This document shows positions 1-8,753 of a DNA stretch of 64,000 bases, piece by piece. A program made the position numbers and the translations under genes. Positions within the stretch are counted from its first letter, which is position 1; every line of letters starts with the position of its first letter. The stretch is taken from IMG/VR virus record IMGVR_UViG_3300047553_000733, positions 38,185 to 102,184 of that record. One strand, written 5' to 3'. Source of the DNA: a virus. A model generated the notes under the pieces. That model did not search any database. It worked only from the letters and a program-made list of their open reading frames with translations, and was not told where the DNA came from.

Positions 1-1
1 C

Positions 2-328
2 AGTGATAAACTAAATGTAGTTATTACTGATAATGGCAAAGACATTGAAATGGCCGCACTAAGCGGTGGCGAAAAAGCACGTGTTAATGTCGCCACACTA
101 CTAGCAATACGTAAATTAATGCAAACACTTAGCAGTAGTAGAATTAATTTGCTTATTTTAGATGAAACAGTTGAAGCGCTTGATGTAGATGGCAAAGAAA
201 AACTAGTAGAAGTTTTGCTAAAAGAAGAACATCTTAACACATTTTTAGTATCACATGGATTTACACATCCATTGCTAGAAAAAGTAAATGTTGTAAAGCG
301 TGGAAATATCTCTAGTATAGAGGCATAA
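2..328 (+). CDS. SbcC/Rad50-like recombination exonuclease ATPase subunit (T5 D13-like), C-terminal part; gene starts before the window
   Basis: ABC signature LSGGEKAR, Walker B/D-loop LLILDETVEALD, H-switch LVSH; frame open back to the window start; D13-D14-D15-dut synteny as in T5. Confidence 0.9.
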   Translation, partial: SDKLNVVITDNGKDIEMAALSGGEKARVNVATLLAIRKLMQTLSSSRINLLILDETVEALDVDGKEKLVEVLLKEEHLNTFLVSHGFTHPLLEKVNVVKRGNISSIEA

Positions 329-329
329 T

Positions 330-683
330 ATGATTAAAATAGAACAATTAAAAGATGGTGCTAAAGCCACTTACATTCGTGACGGTAAGCGCAGAGAAGT
401 ATACTTACATCACCTAATTACACATGACGAACTGGCAACTCTCGAAGTTACAGCAGGTACAGTTGTGTACAGTGTAGACGAAATGGAAATCTGTGAACGG
501 AGTGCACTTAGGCACAGTAATAACGAAACCAAGATTACCGAAGCCACAGCAACCACTGAACCCACATATGGCGAATCGGTGGCCCCTACCGCACCGCCTG
601 AGCGAAAGCTAACAGCTAAAGAAAAAGCAAAAGCTTTAAAACTAGCCGCTGAGCAGGCCCAAAACTCAGAACAAGCCGATTAA
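330..683 (+). CDS. hypothetical protein
   Basis: 117-aa ORF tightly coupled to both neighbours (TAATG overlap with the next gene). Confidence 0.7.
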   Translation: MIKIEQLKDGAKATYIRDGKRREVYLHHLITHDELATLEVTAGTVVYSVDEMEICERSALRHSNNETKITEATATTEPTYGESVAPTAPPERKLTAKEKAKALKLAAEQAQNSEQAD

Positions 684-1135
684 TGGTAGATAGCAGAGCA
701 AAAGGTGCTCGCACAGAAACAGTTGCTAGAGATATGTTGCGTAAACATACCAAGCTAAGTTGGGAAAGAGTGCCAGGAAGTGGTGCTCTTGACCCTAAAC
801 ATCAGCTAAAGGGCGACTTGTACGTGCCTGGCATGACAAACTTATTTGCTGTAGAAGTAAAGGGTTATGCCGAGGATCACCTAACATCCCAAGTATTAAC
901 AGCAAAAAACCCACAACTTATTGAGTTTTGGAAACAGACATATAGACAAGCCTGTCAAGTAAATAAACATCCACTGCTAATCTTTAAATTTGACAGATCT
1001 AAGTTATTTGTTGCGTTTGAAGATTTACCTACTAGTAATTATAGATTTTTGTGTGTAAGTTGTGATGGGCATGAATTTTTTGTGGCGCTACTCGAAGATT
1101 GGCTTGAACACGAGAAAACACAATTTGTGTCTTGA
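683..1135 (+). CDS. Holliday junction resolvase-like PD-(D/E)xK nuclease (T5 D14-like)
   Basis: SRAKGARTE, RVPGSGA, KGDL, AVEVK motifs; position before the D15 homologue. Confidence 0.85.
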   Translation: MVDSRAKGARTETVARDMLRKHTKLSWERVPGSGALDPKHQLKGDLYVPGMTNLFAVEVKGYAEDHLTSQVLTAKNPQLIEFWKQTYRQACQVNKHPLLIFKFDRSKLFVAFEDLPTSNYRFLCVSCDGHEFFVALLEDWLEHEKTQFVS

Positions 1136-1160
1136 TTTTCTTAACTACTTGTAGTATAAT
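1132..1160 (+). promoter_or_regulatory. sigma70-type promoter
   Basis: TTGATT-17 nt-TATAAT upstream of the flap endonuclease. Confidence 0.75.
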
Positions 1161-1173
1161 AAAAGATTAAACA

Positions 1174-2022
1174 ATGTCAAAAACTTTTCAAACAATGCAA
1201 CAAACAGAAAATACACTACTAGTGGTTGATGCTTTAAACTTGGCTTTCCGATACAAACACAGCGGAGCAACTGACTTTGCAGAGGACTACCTGCGTACTG
1301 TGCAAAGTCTTAAAAAATCATATAAAGCTAGTAAGGTTATAATTGCCTGCGATCAAGGCAGTAGTCAGTATCGCAAAGAAATATATCCTGAATACAAACA
1401 AAATCGTAAAGATAAATTTGCTGAACAAACTGAGGCCGAAAAAGCACAGTTTGAAATTTTCTTTGAAGATTTTACAAAAACGCTAGAACATATTGAACAA
1501 AATACCGATTATCCTGTTATAAAGTTTCAAGGCGTAGAGGCTGACGATATTGCTGCGTATATTGTAAACAATAAACAAAACTTGCAAGTAGATAATATTT
1601 GGCTAATTAGTAGTGACAAGGATTGGGATTTATTAATTCAACCAAATGTCAGTAGATTTAGCTATGTTACACGCAAAGAAACTACAGTAGATAATTGGAG
1701 CACACACTATGACTTTAGTCCTGAGGACTACATTAGTATTAAGTGTCTTACAGGCGATTCTGGTGACAATGTCATTGGTGTGCCTGGTATTGGGCCTAAA
1801 CGTGCTCAGCAGTTGGTTGCTGAGTATGGTAGTACTTACGACATTATTGCTAGCATTCCTATTGCTAGTCGATACAAATATGTTCAAGCACTCAATGAAT
1901 CAAAAGAGCAACTCTTGCTCAACTATAAATTAATGGATTTAGTTACCTATGCACATGAAGCACTGGGTAGCGATAATTGTAAACAAATAGACGAAATATT
2001 GGAAATTTATGTCAACGATTGA
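1174..2022 (+). CDS. 5'-3' exonuclease / flap endonuclease (T5 D15-like)
   Basis: VDALNLAFR, YKQNR, EADD, SSDKD, LTGDSGDNVIGVPGIGPKRA helix-hairpin-helix. Confidence 0.95.
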   Translation: MSKTFQTMQQTENTLLVVDALNLAFRYKHSGATDFAEDYLRTVQSLKKSYKASKVIIACDQGSSQYRKEIYPEYKQNRKDKFAEQTEAEKAQFEIFFEDFTKTLEHIEQNTDYPVIKFQGVEADDIAAYIVNNKQNLQVDNIWLISSDKDWDLLIQPNVSRFSYVTRKETTVDNWSTHYDFSPEDYISIKCLTGDSGDNVIGVPGIGPKRAQQLVAEYGSTYDIIASIPIASRYKYVQALNESKEQLLLNYKLMDLVTYAHEALGSDNCKQIDEILEIYVND

Positions 2023-2506
2023 TACTGGTACTTATACTATTGCTACCTCAAATCTTAATAATTTTACATTTGGCCCATGTATTAGCTGCTTGGTTAGCCC
2101 AGGTGCTAAACTGCCACAACGAGCACACAGCACTGACGCAGGTGCAGACTTATTTGCTTGGTTTGAAGGCAACACACAGGAATATGAAATTTTTCCTGGT
2201 GAACAAAAAATGATTGATACTGGTATAGCAGTAAAAATTCCTAGAGGCTATGCTGGATTTGTATATAATAGATCGAGTCAAGGTAAAAAGGGAATTCAAA
2301 TCCCTCACAGTGTAGGCATTATTGATAGTGACTATCGTGGAACTATTAAGGTAATTTTGAAAAATTTGGGTGAAGACCCTTACAAAATTACACTAGGCGA
2401 TAGAATTGCACAACTGGTAATCCAAAAAGTAGAACTAGTAACATTTACTGATATTTGGAATGACACACAACGAGGTACTGGCGGTTTCGGCAGTACAGGA
2501 ACTTAA
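2009..2506 (+). CDS. dut: trimeric dUTPase
   Basis: AGADL, RSSQG, GIIDSDYRG, GDRIAQL, RGTGGFGSTG. Confidence 0.96.
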   Translation: MSTIDTGTYTIATSNLNNFTFGPCISCLVSPGAKLPQRAHSTDAGADLFAWFEGNTQEYEIFPGEQKMIDTGIAVKIPRGYAGFVYNRSSQGKKGIQIPHSVGIIDSDYRGTIKVILKNLGEDPYKITLGDRIAQLVIQKVELVTFTDIWNDTQRGTGGFGSTGT

Positions 2507-2518
2507 TTAAAGGATAAT

Positions 2519-4483
2519 ATGGCAGTTTCTACAAGAGCACAAGTCATCACACGTCGAACATATAACAGACCAGTTTCAGACGACGGTAAACAATTTGAAA
2601 CCTGGCAAGAAACTGTTGCCCGAGTTATTGATCATCAGCAGTGGTTGTGGGAACGAGCAGTAGGCCGTGACCTAAATGACAGCGAATATGGCGAACTGTA
2701 CGATCTAGAGCAGCTCATGCTAGACAGAAAAGTTAGCATGAGTGGCAGAACACTGTGGCTGGGCGGTACAGATGTAGCTAAGCATCGTGAAGCTAGCCAA
2801 TTTAATTGTAGCTTTACTGAAGTCGAAACAGTATATGATGTTGTCGACGTGTTATGGCTATTGCTGCAAGGTTGCGGAGTAGGATTTAAGCCAGTAGTTG
2901 GTACATTAAATGGCTTTTCAAAACCAATCAAAAATATAAAAGTAGTTCGTAGTACACGAACTGCAAAGGGCGGCAATGAAGAAAATGTGGAATATTGGGA
3001 GCCTGATACCAAGATTTGGACAATCCAGGTCGGAGATAGTGCAGAGGCTTGGGCAAAGTCTGTGGGCAAGTTGCTTGCGGGTAAGTATCCTGCTGATACT
3101 CTGGTACTTGATTTTTCACAGCTTAGACCTGCTGGGGAAAGGTTAAAGGGCTATGGATGGATTAGTAGCGGCGATGAGGCGATTAGTGTGGCTTATACTG
3201 CTATTGCCACCATTCTTAATGGCAGGGCTGATAGTCTCCTCACACGGATGGACATTCTGGATATTGTTAATCATCTTGGGACAATTCTTAGCAGCCGCAG
3301 AAGTGCTGAAATAGCACTTTTTGATTACGGGCAACCAGAGTGGGAAGAGTTTGCAGTAGCTAAAAAAGACTGGTGGTTATATAATAATAGTCATCGTCAA
3401 CAAAGTAATAATAGTCTAGTTTTCCAAGAAAAACCTACTAAGGGCGACTTAGAAAAGATTTTTAACTTGATGTTAGAGGCGGGCGGTAGTGAGCCGGGCT
3501 TTATCAATGCAGTAGAAGCCCGTCGTCGTGCACCTTGGTATAAAGGCGCTAATCCTTGTGTAGAAATTCTACTCGGAAATAAATCGTTCTGCAATCTTAC
3601 CGAAACTGATATTGCTAAGTTTAGGGGCGATACAGCTGGATTACATGAGGCAATCAGACTTGCAGCTCGTGCTAACTATCGTCAAACTTGTGTTAACCTA
3701 AAGGATGGTATTCTACAAGAAGCGTGGCACTTAAACAACTACTTTTTGCGTTTGTGCGGAGTGGGGTTGACGGGTATTGCTAAGCGTCCTGATATGACTG
3801 GATATGATTACGAATATCTTAAGCGTACAGCTACCGCAGCGGCAGTTGGTATGGCACAAGAACTTGGGCTACCAAGTCCCAAGAATATTACTTGTGTAAA
3901 ACCTAGCGGCACATTGAGTAAAATCATGGATACAACTGAAGGCGTGCACAAGCCGCTTGGCAAGTATATATTCAACAACGTACAATTTAGCAGATTTGAC
4001 CCAATCGTAGAAGTTGTTCGTGAAGCAGGTTATAAAGTTATTAATCATCCAACAGACCCTAGTGGCGTATTGATTACTTTTCCAGTTGAGTGGGCAGATG
4101 TACCATTCCATAAGGTTGCTGGTAAAGAAGTTAACTTAGACAGTGCAATCGAACAGCTAGAGAAGTACAAACTTATTCAAACCAGTTGGACTCAGCAAAA
4201 TACTAGCGTAACTATTAGTTATGATCCTAGCGAAGTGCCACAAATTATTGACTGGCTATTAGACAACTGGGATTGTTATGTCGGCGTTAGTTTTATTTAC
4301 AGAACTGATCCTACTAAAACAGCCAAAGACTTAGGGTATCTATATCTGCCACAAGAAGTTGTTGATGAGCAAACATATAGAGAGTATGTACAAAACTTAC
4401 GCCCAGTAGATCTTGAAATGGCAAATAGCTTTGACGAGATTATGGGTGAAGACTGTGCAACAGGAGCTTGTCCAATAAAATGA
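2519..4483 (+). CDS. nrdJ: class II (adenosylcobalamin-dependent) ribonucleotide reductase, monomeric RTPR type
   Basis: FNCSF, GCGVGF, RRSAEI, NPCVEI, KPSGTLS, C-terminal CATGACPIK; no nrdB nearby. Confidence 0.92.
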   Translation: MAVSTRAQVITRRTYNRPVSDDGKQFETWQETVARVIDHQQWLWERAVGRDLNDSEYGELYDLEQLMLDRKVSMSGRTLWLGGTDVAKHREASQFNCSFTEVETVYDVVDVLWLLLQGCGVGFKPVVGTLNGFSKPIKNIKVVRSTRTAKGGNEENVEYWEPDTKIWTIQVGDSAEAWAKSVGKLLAGKYPADTLVLDFSQLRPAGERLKGYGWISSGDEAISVAYTAIATILNGRADSLLTRMDILDIVNHLGTILSSRRSAEIALFDYGQPEWEEFAVAKKDWWLYNNSHRQQSNNSLVFQEKPTKGDLEKIFNLMLEAGGSEPGFINAVEARRRAPWYKGANPCVEILLGNKSFCNLTETDIAKFRGDTAGLHEAIRLAARANYRQTCVNLKDGILQEAWHLNNYFLRLCGVGLTGIAKRPDMTGYDYEYLKRTATAAAVGMAQELGLPSPKNITCVKPSGTLSKIMDTTEGVHKPLGKYIFNNVQFSRFDPIVEVVREAGYKVINHPTDPSGVLITFPVEWADVPFHKVAGKEVNLDSAIEQLEKYKLIQTSWTQQNTSVTISYDPSEVPQIIDWLLDNWDCYVGVSFIYRTDPTKTAKDLGYLYLPQEVVDEQTYREYVQNLRPVDLEMANSFDEIMGEDCATGACPIK

Positions 4484-4653
4484 CACAAGAAGATCCAAAA
4501 CAGAAAGTACTTAAACTTGAGTTAAATGTTGAGGAAATTAATACTGTACTAAGTGGGCTACAAGAATTACCTGCAAAAGTATGTAATCCATTAACTAACA
4601 AAATAGTTAAACAAGCACAACAACAGCTTCCACAAGAAGAAGTAGACAAATAA
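4480..4653 (+). CDS. small hypothetical protein
   Basis: ATGA overlap with the nrdJ stop; ends at the terminator. Confidence 0.7.
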   Translation: MTQEDPKQKVLKLELNVEEINTVLSGLQELPAKVCNPLTNKIVKQAQQQLPQEEVDK

Positions 4654-4689
4654 AAAAGCCCCGATAACGCAAGTTATCGGGGCTTTTTT
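4652..4689. terminator. bidirectional rho-independent terminator between the convergent arms
   Basis: AAAAAAGCCCCGATAAC-GCAA-GTTATCGGGGCTTTTTT. Confidence 0.92.
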
Positions 4690-5327
4690 CATACTGGTGT
4701 ATCTAAATTACTATCTTCTTCATCCACAGTATCGCTACTGCCTTCTTCACTAATGTCTAGTTCGCTGAACACAGTAATTAATATATCTCTATACTCGGGA
4801 TCTACCATATGTAGATCTAGTAAATATACATCTAAGTGACCATTTCGTAGCAGCTGTGCATGGTACATAAACTGTCCAAATGCATCGTCTGACTCTGGAA
4901 TACTTTGATTGGCATAGTCTTCTAGCATTTGAGCAGCAGCTTGTAGTAACATATCTGGTACAATACTTTTAGTAATTTGTACTAGTTTTAAGGCCTTACC
5001 TTCACGCTCACGCATAATTTGATTACGTTTTGCACTGCTCCAACTATAACCACCATCTCCGCCCCATAAGTCCCAGGCTACACGACCTTTACTTGGAAAA
5101 CCCTCTTCTCCACTGTTAAAGCCAGTTGCACGCTTATCTACTTCATGGCGACTGAAAAAACTATACATTCTGAGTACAGTTGATACCGTTAGTGGATCAC
5201 GATCTTTTAGCTGATTTGCTCTGGCTAAGCCAACAAGTGTGCCGCCAGGTTTGCCTTCGTCTTTCCATTTTAGTGCTCGTTTAGCAGCACTGGCCATGCC
5301 ACTTGTTGGTTTATATGTCTTAGCCAT
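4689..5327 (-). CDS. conserved phage protein of unknown function
   Basis: basic N-terminal domain GGTLVGLARANQL...RMYSFFSRH...AWDLWGGDGG plus acidic tail; SD AGGAG. Confidence 0.75.
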   Translation of the reverse strand: MAKTYKPTSGMASAAKRALKWKDEGKPGGTLVGLARANQLKDRDPLTVSTVLRMYSFFSRHEVDKRATGFNSGEEGFPSKGRVAWDLWGGDGGYSWSSAKRNQIMREREGKALKLVQITKSIVPDMLLQAAAQMLEDYANQSIPESDDAFGQFMYHAQLLRNGHLDVYLLDLHMVDPEYRDILITVFSELDISEEGSSDTVDEEDSNLDTPV

Positions 5328-5335
5328 TTTATCTC

Positions 5336-6016
5336 CTAATTTCTATATGCTAAAATAATTTCTTTGCATAGCTTGCTGCGAACAATATCTTCGTCAACAA
5401 ATCTAACAATATCTACCCCTTGTATAGACCCTAATCTATTAACGGCATCTGTTAAACCGCTGTTGGGTATATCACACTGATCTGTATCACCACTGATAAT
5501 CATTTTGCAATTTTTGCCAATGCGTGATAAAATCATTTTCATCTCTTCTCGTGTAGCATTTTGTGCTTCGTCTAGCAAAACTACGCAATTATCAAAAGTA
5601 GTGCCGCGCATAAACCCTAGTGGTTTAGGCTCTATGTTTTTGTTTTTAAGTGCATACTCGTAAAAACCTTTGCCAAGACTTTTCGTAAAAATATTGTCAA
5701 AAGGTTCTAAATACGGAGCATACTTTTCCTCAAGTGTACCAGGTAAAAATCCTAAACCACGACCTGTTTCTATATTTGGCCTAGTTAGTATAATCTTCTG
5801 TATGCGTCTGTGAAATAATTCACTTGCTGCATAAAGTGCTGCTATATATGTTTTACCGGTACCTGCACTACCTACACCAAATATTATTTGATTTTCATGT
5901 ATTGCACGTAAATATTCGTGCTGAATATAGTTTAAAGGCTTTACTTCTTGAAATCCATATTCAACTGGATTATCTGGTGTATTATTTACTCGTCTTGCTT
6001 TTTTACCACTAGCCAT
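5336..6016 (-). CDS. phoH: PhoH family ATPase
   Basis: GSAGTGKT, LGFLPG, FMRGTTF, LDEAQN, SGDTDQCD, DIVRS; likely start MASGKK at 6016. Confidence 0.95.
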   Translation of the reverse strand: MASGKKARRVNNTPDNPVEYGFQEVKPLNYIQHEYLRAIHENQIIFGVGSAGTGKTYIAALYAASELFHRRIQKIILTRPNIETGRGLGFLPGTLEEKYAPYLEPFDNIFTKSLGKGFYEYALKNKNIEPKPLGFMRGTTFDNCVVLLDEAQNATREEMKMILSRIGKNCKMIISGDTDQCDIPNSGLTDAVNRLGSIQGVDIVRFVDEDIVRSKLCKEIILAYRN

Positions 6017-6059
6017 AGAGTTCCTCAAAGGATTAATGAAAAGTGGTCTGCTAAGCTAT

Positions 6060-6088
6060 ATTATAGCAGACCACCCAGCGTGTGTCAA
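6060..6088 (-). promoter_or_regulatory. sigma70 consensus promoter for phoH
   Basis: TTGACA-17-TATAAT on the minus strand; -10 overlaps an 11-bp inverted repeat (6043-6074). Confidence 0.85.
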
Positions 6089-6095
6089 CTATAAA

Positions 6096-6338
6096 TTATT
6101 TTTTGGCTGGTTCTTTTTTAGCATCTTCTACTTTAGTACCTTCAAGCTTTTTATGTTGCTTGACTTCTTTGCAGTCTTGTTGAGGCTTACCGTCTTTACC
6201 TAACACTGGCTTACCGTCCTTGATTTTATCAATGCAGACTTTTTTAGTTTCTGGTGCACTTGCAGGTTTTGCAGGTTCTGCCGCTGTTGCTGCTGTTACC
6301 ATACCAAAACACAATAAAATTGTGGTTAATAGTTTCAT
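6096..6338 (-). CDS. small secreted Lys-rich protein with one Cys pair
   Basis: signal peptide MKLLTTILLCFGMVTAATA; SD AAGGA. Confidence 0.75.
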   Translation of the reverse strand: MKLLTTILLCFGMVTAATAAEPAKPASAPETKKVCIDKIKDGKPVLGKDGKPQQDCKEVKQHKKLEGTKVEDAKKEPAKK

Positions 6339-6347
6339 AAGTATCCT

Positions 6348-6803
6348 TTAAATTTCAGGAAAATATTGTTGTGGAGCCGGTTTTCCACCAAAACCTGTAG
6401 AAACCTGTGGTTGCATGCTTCTAGGTTCTTGATAAGCCATCGGCTGAGGCTGTTGATATTGTACTTGTTGAGTTGTAGTTGTAATTGTAGCTGGTTGTGG
6501 AGTATTGGCTACACCAGCCATTTTTTCTTGTCCACGGCTCCAAGCAGTAATACCTAATACTGCACCCATTGCCATATGGAATAATCCACCACCTTGCAGT
6601 GTTAATGGTGCCCATTGACGAAATGCATCATTTTGTACTGCTGTTTCCCAAAATTGTACGATGGTAAACATTATAGGAAAAAGAATAAAATCACTGGCAC
6701 ATACGCACATGTACATAACTGCCATCATTGGACGCCACTTCTTCTGAATCCAACTTTCTTCTTCTTTGGTTGGTTTATTATCGTCTTTTGTTTCTTCTGC
6801 CAT
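6348..6803 (-). CDS. membrane protein, 3TM GTA-holin-like family
   Basis: WIQKKWRPMM...DFILFP...PLTLQGGGLFHMAMGAVLGITAWSRGQEK. Confidence 0.7.
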   Translation of the reverse strand: MAEETKDDNKPTKEEESWIQKKWRPMMAVMYMCVCASDFILFPIMFTIVQFWETAVQNDAFRQWAPLTLQGGGLFHMAMGAVLGITAWSRGQEKMAGVANTPQPATITTTTQQVQYQQPQPMAYQEPRSMQPQVSTGFGGKPAPQQYFPEI

Positions 6804-6925
6804 TAGACATCCTTTTTACTAAATAGTCCTAGTGCTTTAGCTTTTATATTCTTTGCCCACTGTGGTTCTGGGAAGTGCCAACCAATAAGTGCACCTACTG
6901 CTAACCAAAAAATTGCTTCAATCAT
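6803..6925 (-). CDS. 40-aa single-TM protein (not in ORF track)
   Basis: MIEAIFWLAVGALIGWHFPEPQWAKNIKAKALGLFSKKDV; SD AAGGA; TAATG coupling to the next gene. Confidence 0.75.
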   Translation of the reverse strand: MIEAIFWLAVGALIGWHFPEPQWAKNIKAKALGLFSKKDV

Positions 6926-6935
6926 TTTAATTTCC

Positions 6936-7484
6936 TTATAATAATAGTGGAAGCCAAAGCCATACACCCTGACTCATTAACAATGCAGCCAATCCTCCTA
7001 CCACTATACTAGCCCAGTAAAGAGGCATACTAACTGCAAGAATACTGGCACTCAGTAGTACAATACTAATTTGAAAAGCACTACCTGCAAAAGTTAACCA
7101 CGGATTCTTTTTACGAATTTCATCGCGCTCTGCTTCTAGGGCTCTAGCCTTAATCATTAATTCCTTTTTGCCCTCGCCAGTTTGTGGGTCGCTCTCATAT
7201 CTATCAATTTTGGCTTGTAGTTTAGCTACTTTTTGAGGTTCTTTGCGAAATTCAGCATCTTCTTTTGCCATCTCTGCTAGTGTTTGCTTAATACTTTTTG
7301 CTTGATAAAAGGCCCAAGTATCGTTTGCTTTTATTGTATTGTTGAGCACCTTACTACTATTGCCACTACTAATATAAGTATTAATGGCCAGCAGAGCAGC
7401 AAGCACAGTGATAACCCATCCGGCTTTATCTTTGATTTTTGCTTCTCGTTCACTTCTACTAAGAGGTTTCTTTTCTTCTATCAT
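6936..7484 (-). CDS. DUF4337-like membrane protein
   Basis: N-terminal TM, WAFYQAKSIKQ motif, coiled region, two C-terminal TMs. Confidence 0.7.
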   Translation of the reverse strand: MIEEKKPLSRSEREAKIKDKAGWVITVLAALLAINTYISSGNSSKVLNNTIKANDTWAFYQAKSIKQTLAEMAKEDAEFRKEPQKVAKLQAKIDRYESDPQTGEGKKELMIKARALEAERDEIRKKNPWLTFAGSAFQISIVLLSASILAVSMPLYWASIVVGGLAALLMSQGVWLWLPLLL

Positions 7485-7494
7485 CTAGTACTCC

Positions 7495-7989
7495 TTAACG
7501 ACTGCAACCAACTTGGGAGCAATATTTAATTAATTCAACTGTGCCCCAAACCGCACCACTAGCCATAACTATAGTAAGAACAAAAATAAGTGCATATTCA
7601 AAATATTCTTGCATTTGCTGTTTTCGCTTTTTGGCTAACAATTGCTGCTTTTTAGCTTCTCTTGCAGCTTCAAGTTCCATTTGTTGAGCACGCAACTTAA
7701 TCTTATTCCAAACATCTACCTTACCAGCTTGCATAAAAAGTAGCTGTAGTTGTTTTTCAAACTGTTGTGCTTGGTCCAGTGCCATTTCTATTTGTATGGC
7801 TGCACCCATTGCACTTTTATTACCGCTGTTTTTAGCTTCTACTACGGCTTTTGTTGCTACACTTTTAGCGTCAAAGTATTTACCAAGTGCAGGACCTAAG
7901 GAGGCTACATCATCTACTGTGTGCTGTACCTTCTTTATAAAACTAACTGCTGCTTGTATACCTGCCAACGCTGTTATTGGATCTATCAT
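7495..7989 (-). CDS. coiled-coil protein with C-terminal TM
   Basis: MIDPITALA start, helical body, hydrophobic C-terminus. Confidence 0.7.
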   Translation of the reverse strand: MIDPITALAGIQAAVSFIKKVQHTVDDVASLGPALGKYFDAKSVATKAVVEAKNSGNKSAMGAAIQIEMALDQAQQFEKQLQLLFMQAGKVDVWNKIKLRAQQMELEAAREAKKQQLLAKKRKQQMQEYFEYALIFVLTIVMASGAVWGTVELIKYCSQVGCSR

Positions 7990-8174
7990 TATACCCCCAA
8001 TCTACAAATACTTTTATATAATCTGTTTGAACAGTTTTTCTCACGTCGCTCTAAACAAATTACTTTTCTATTAAATACATCACCCGTCCAAGCCCACTTA
8101 ATACACTCGTATATAGGTGGTTCTGGTAGTTTTGGAGGTTTTGTTAAGGCTATAAGTAATATAACTTCATACAT
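7989..8174 (-). CDS. small exported Cys-containing protein
   Basis: TAATG coupling at both ends; hydrophobic N-terminus; YECIKWAWTGDVFNRKVIC. Confidence 0.6.
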   Translation of the reverse strand: MYEVILLIALTKPPKLPEPPIYECIKWAWTGDVFNRKVICLERREKNCSNRLYKSICRLGV

Positions 8175-8752
8175 TACTTACCTGCCAGCGGATTGTCTAT
8201 AGCTTTTTGTATTTTACTATCAACTTCTTTTTTAAGCTGGTCCACTTCTTTGCTGATTTCTTTACGAGCATCTGCCATTTCTTTTCTTATGGACACTACC
8301 TCCGCTCTAGCTTTATCCAAATCTTCACGAATATCTTTTCGCGCTTGTCGCATCTCTTGTTCAGTTTCACGTTGCGCTAATTTAACACTACGCTCAACTT
8401 GTTCTGTTACTGATTCATTTCTGCGAATATCATTTTTTAAATCAGTTTTAATATCGCGAGTATAATCTGCCGCCTTAGAACTATTTTGCTCAATAACTGC
8501 TAGTCGTTTATCAAACTCGCTGAGATCAGGTGCTTCATAACTAGCAATTTTCTTTTTCATTCCCACATAGTCTTTGTAGATTTCAAAAGTTCCGTACAAC
8601 CCACCAAGGGCACTGCTAACTATTGTAAATGCAACCATTAATTTAGCTGGTGTAAACTCGTATCCACCTATGCTAATAACAGTATCTTTACTAGCATACT
8701 GTTTGGCAGCTGCCTCTAGTTTATCTACCTGCTTATTTAGATCTTCTGCCAT
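8174..8752 (-). CDS. single-TM coiled-coil protein
   Basis: TM LMVAFTIVSSALGGLYG followed by a long heptad region ending AIDNPLA. Confidence 0.75.
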   Translation of the reverse strand: MAEDLNKQVDKLEAAAKQYASKDTVISIGGYEFTPAKLMVAFTIVSSALGGLYGTFEIYKDYVGMKKKIASYEAPDLSEFDKRLAVIEQNSSKAADYTRDIKTDLKNDIRRNESVTEQVERSVKLAQRETEQEMRQARKDIREDLDKARAEVVSIRKEMADARKEISKEVDQLKKEVDSKIQKAIDNPLAGK

Positions 8753-8753
8753 A

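Noticed and set aside
2519-4483. Intein or intron in nrdJ (also checked terL)
   Set aside because: The ORFs are continuous, of normal length, and lack splicing motifs.
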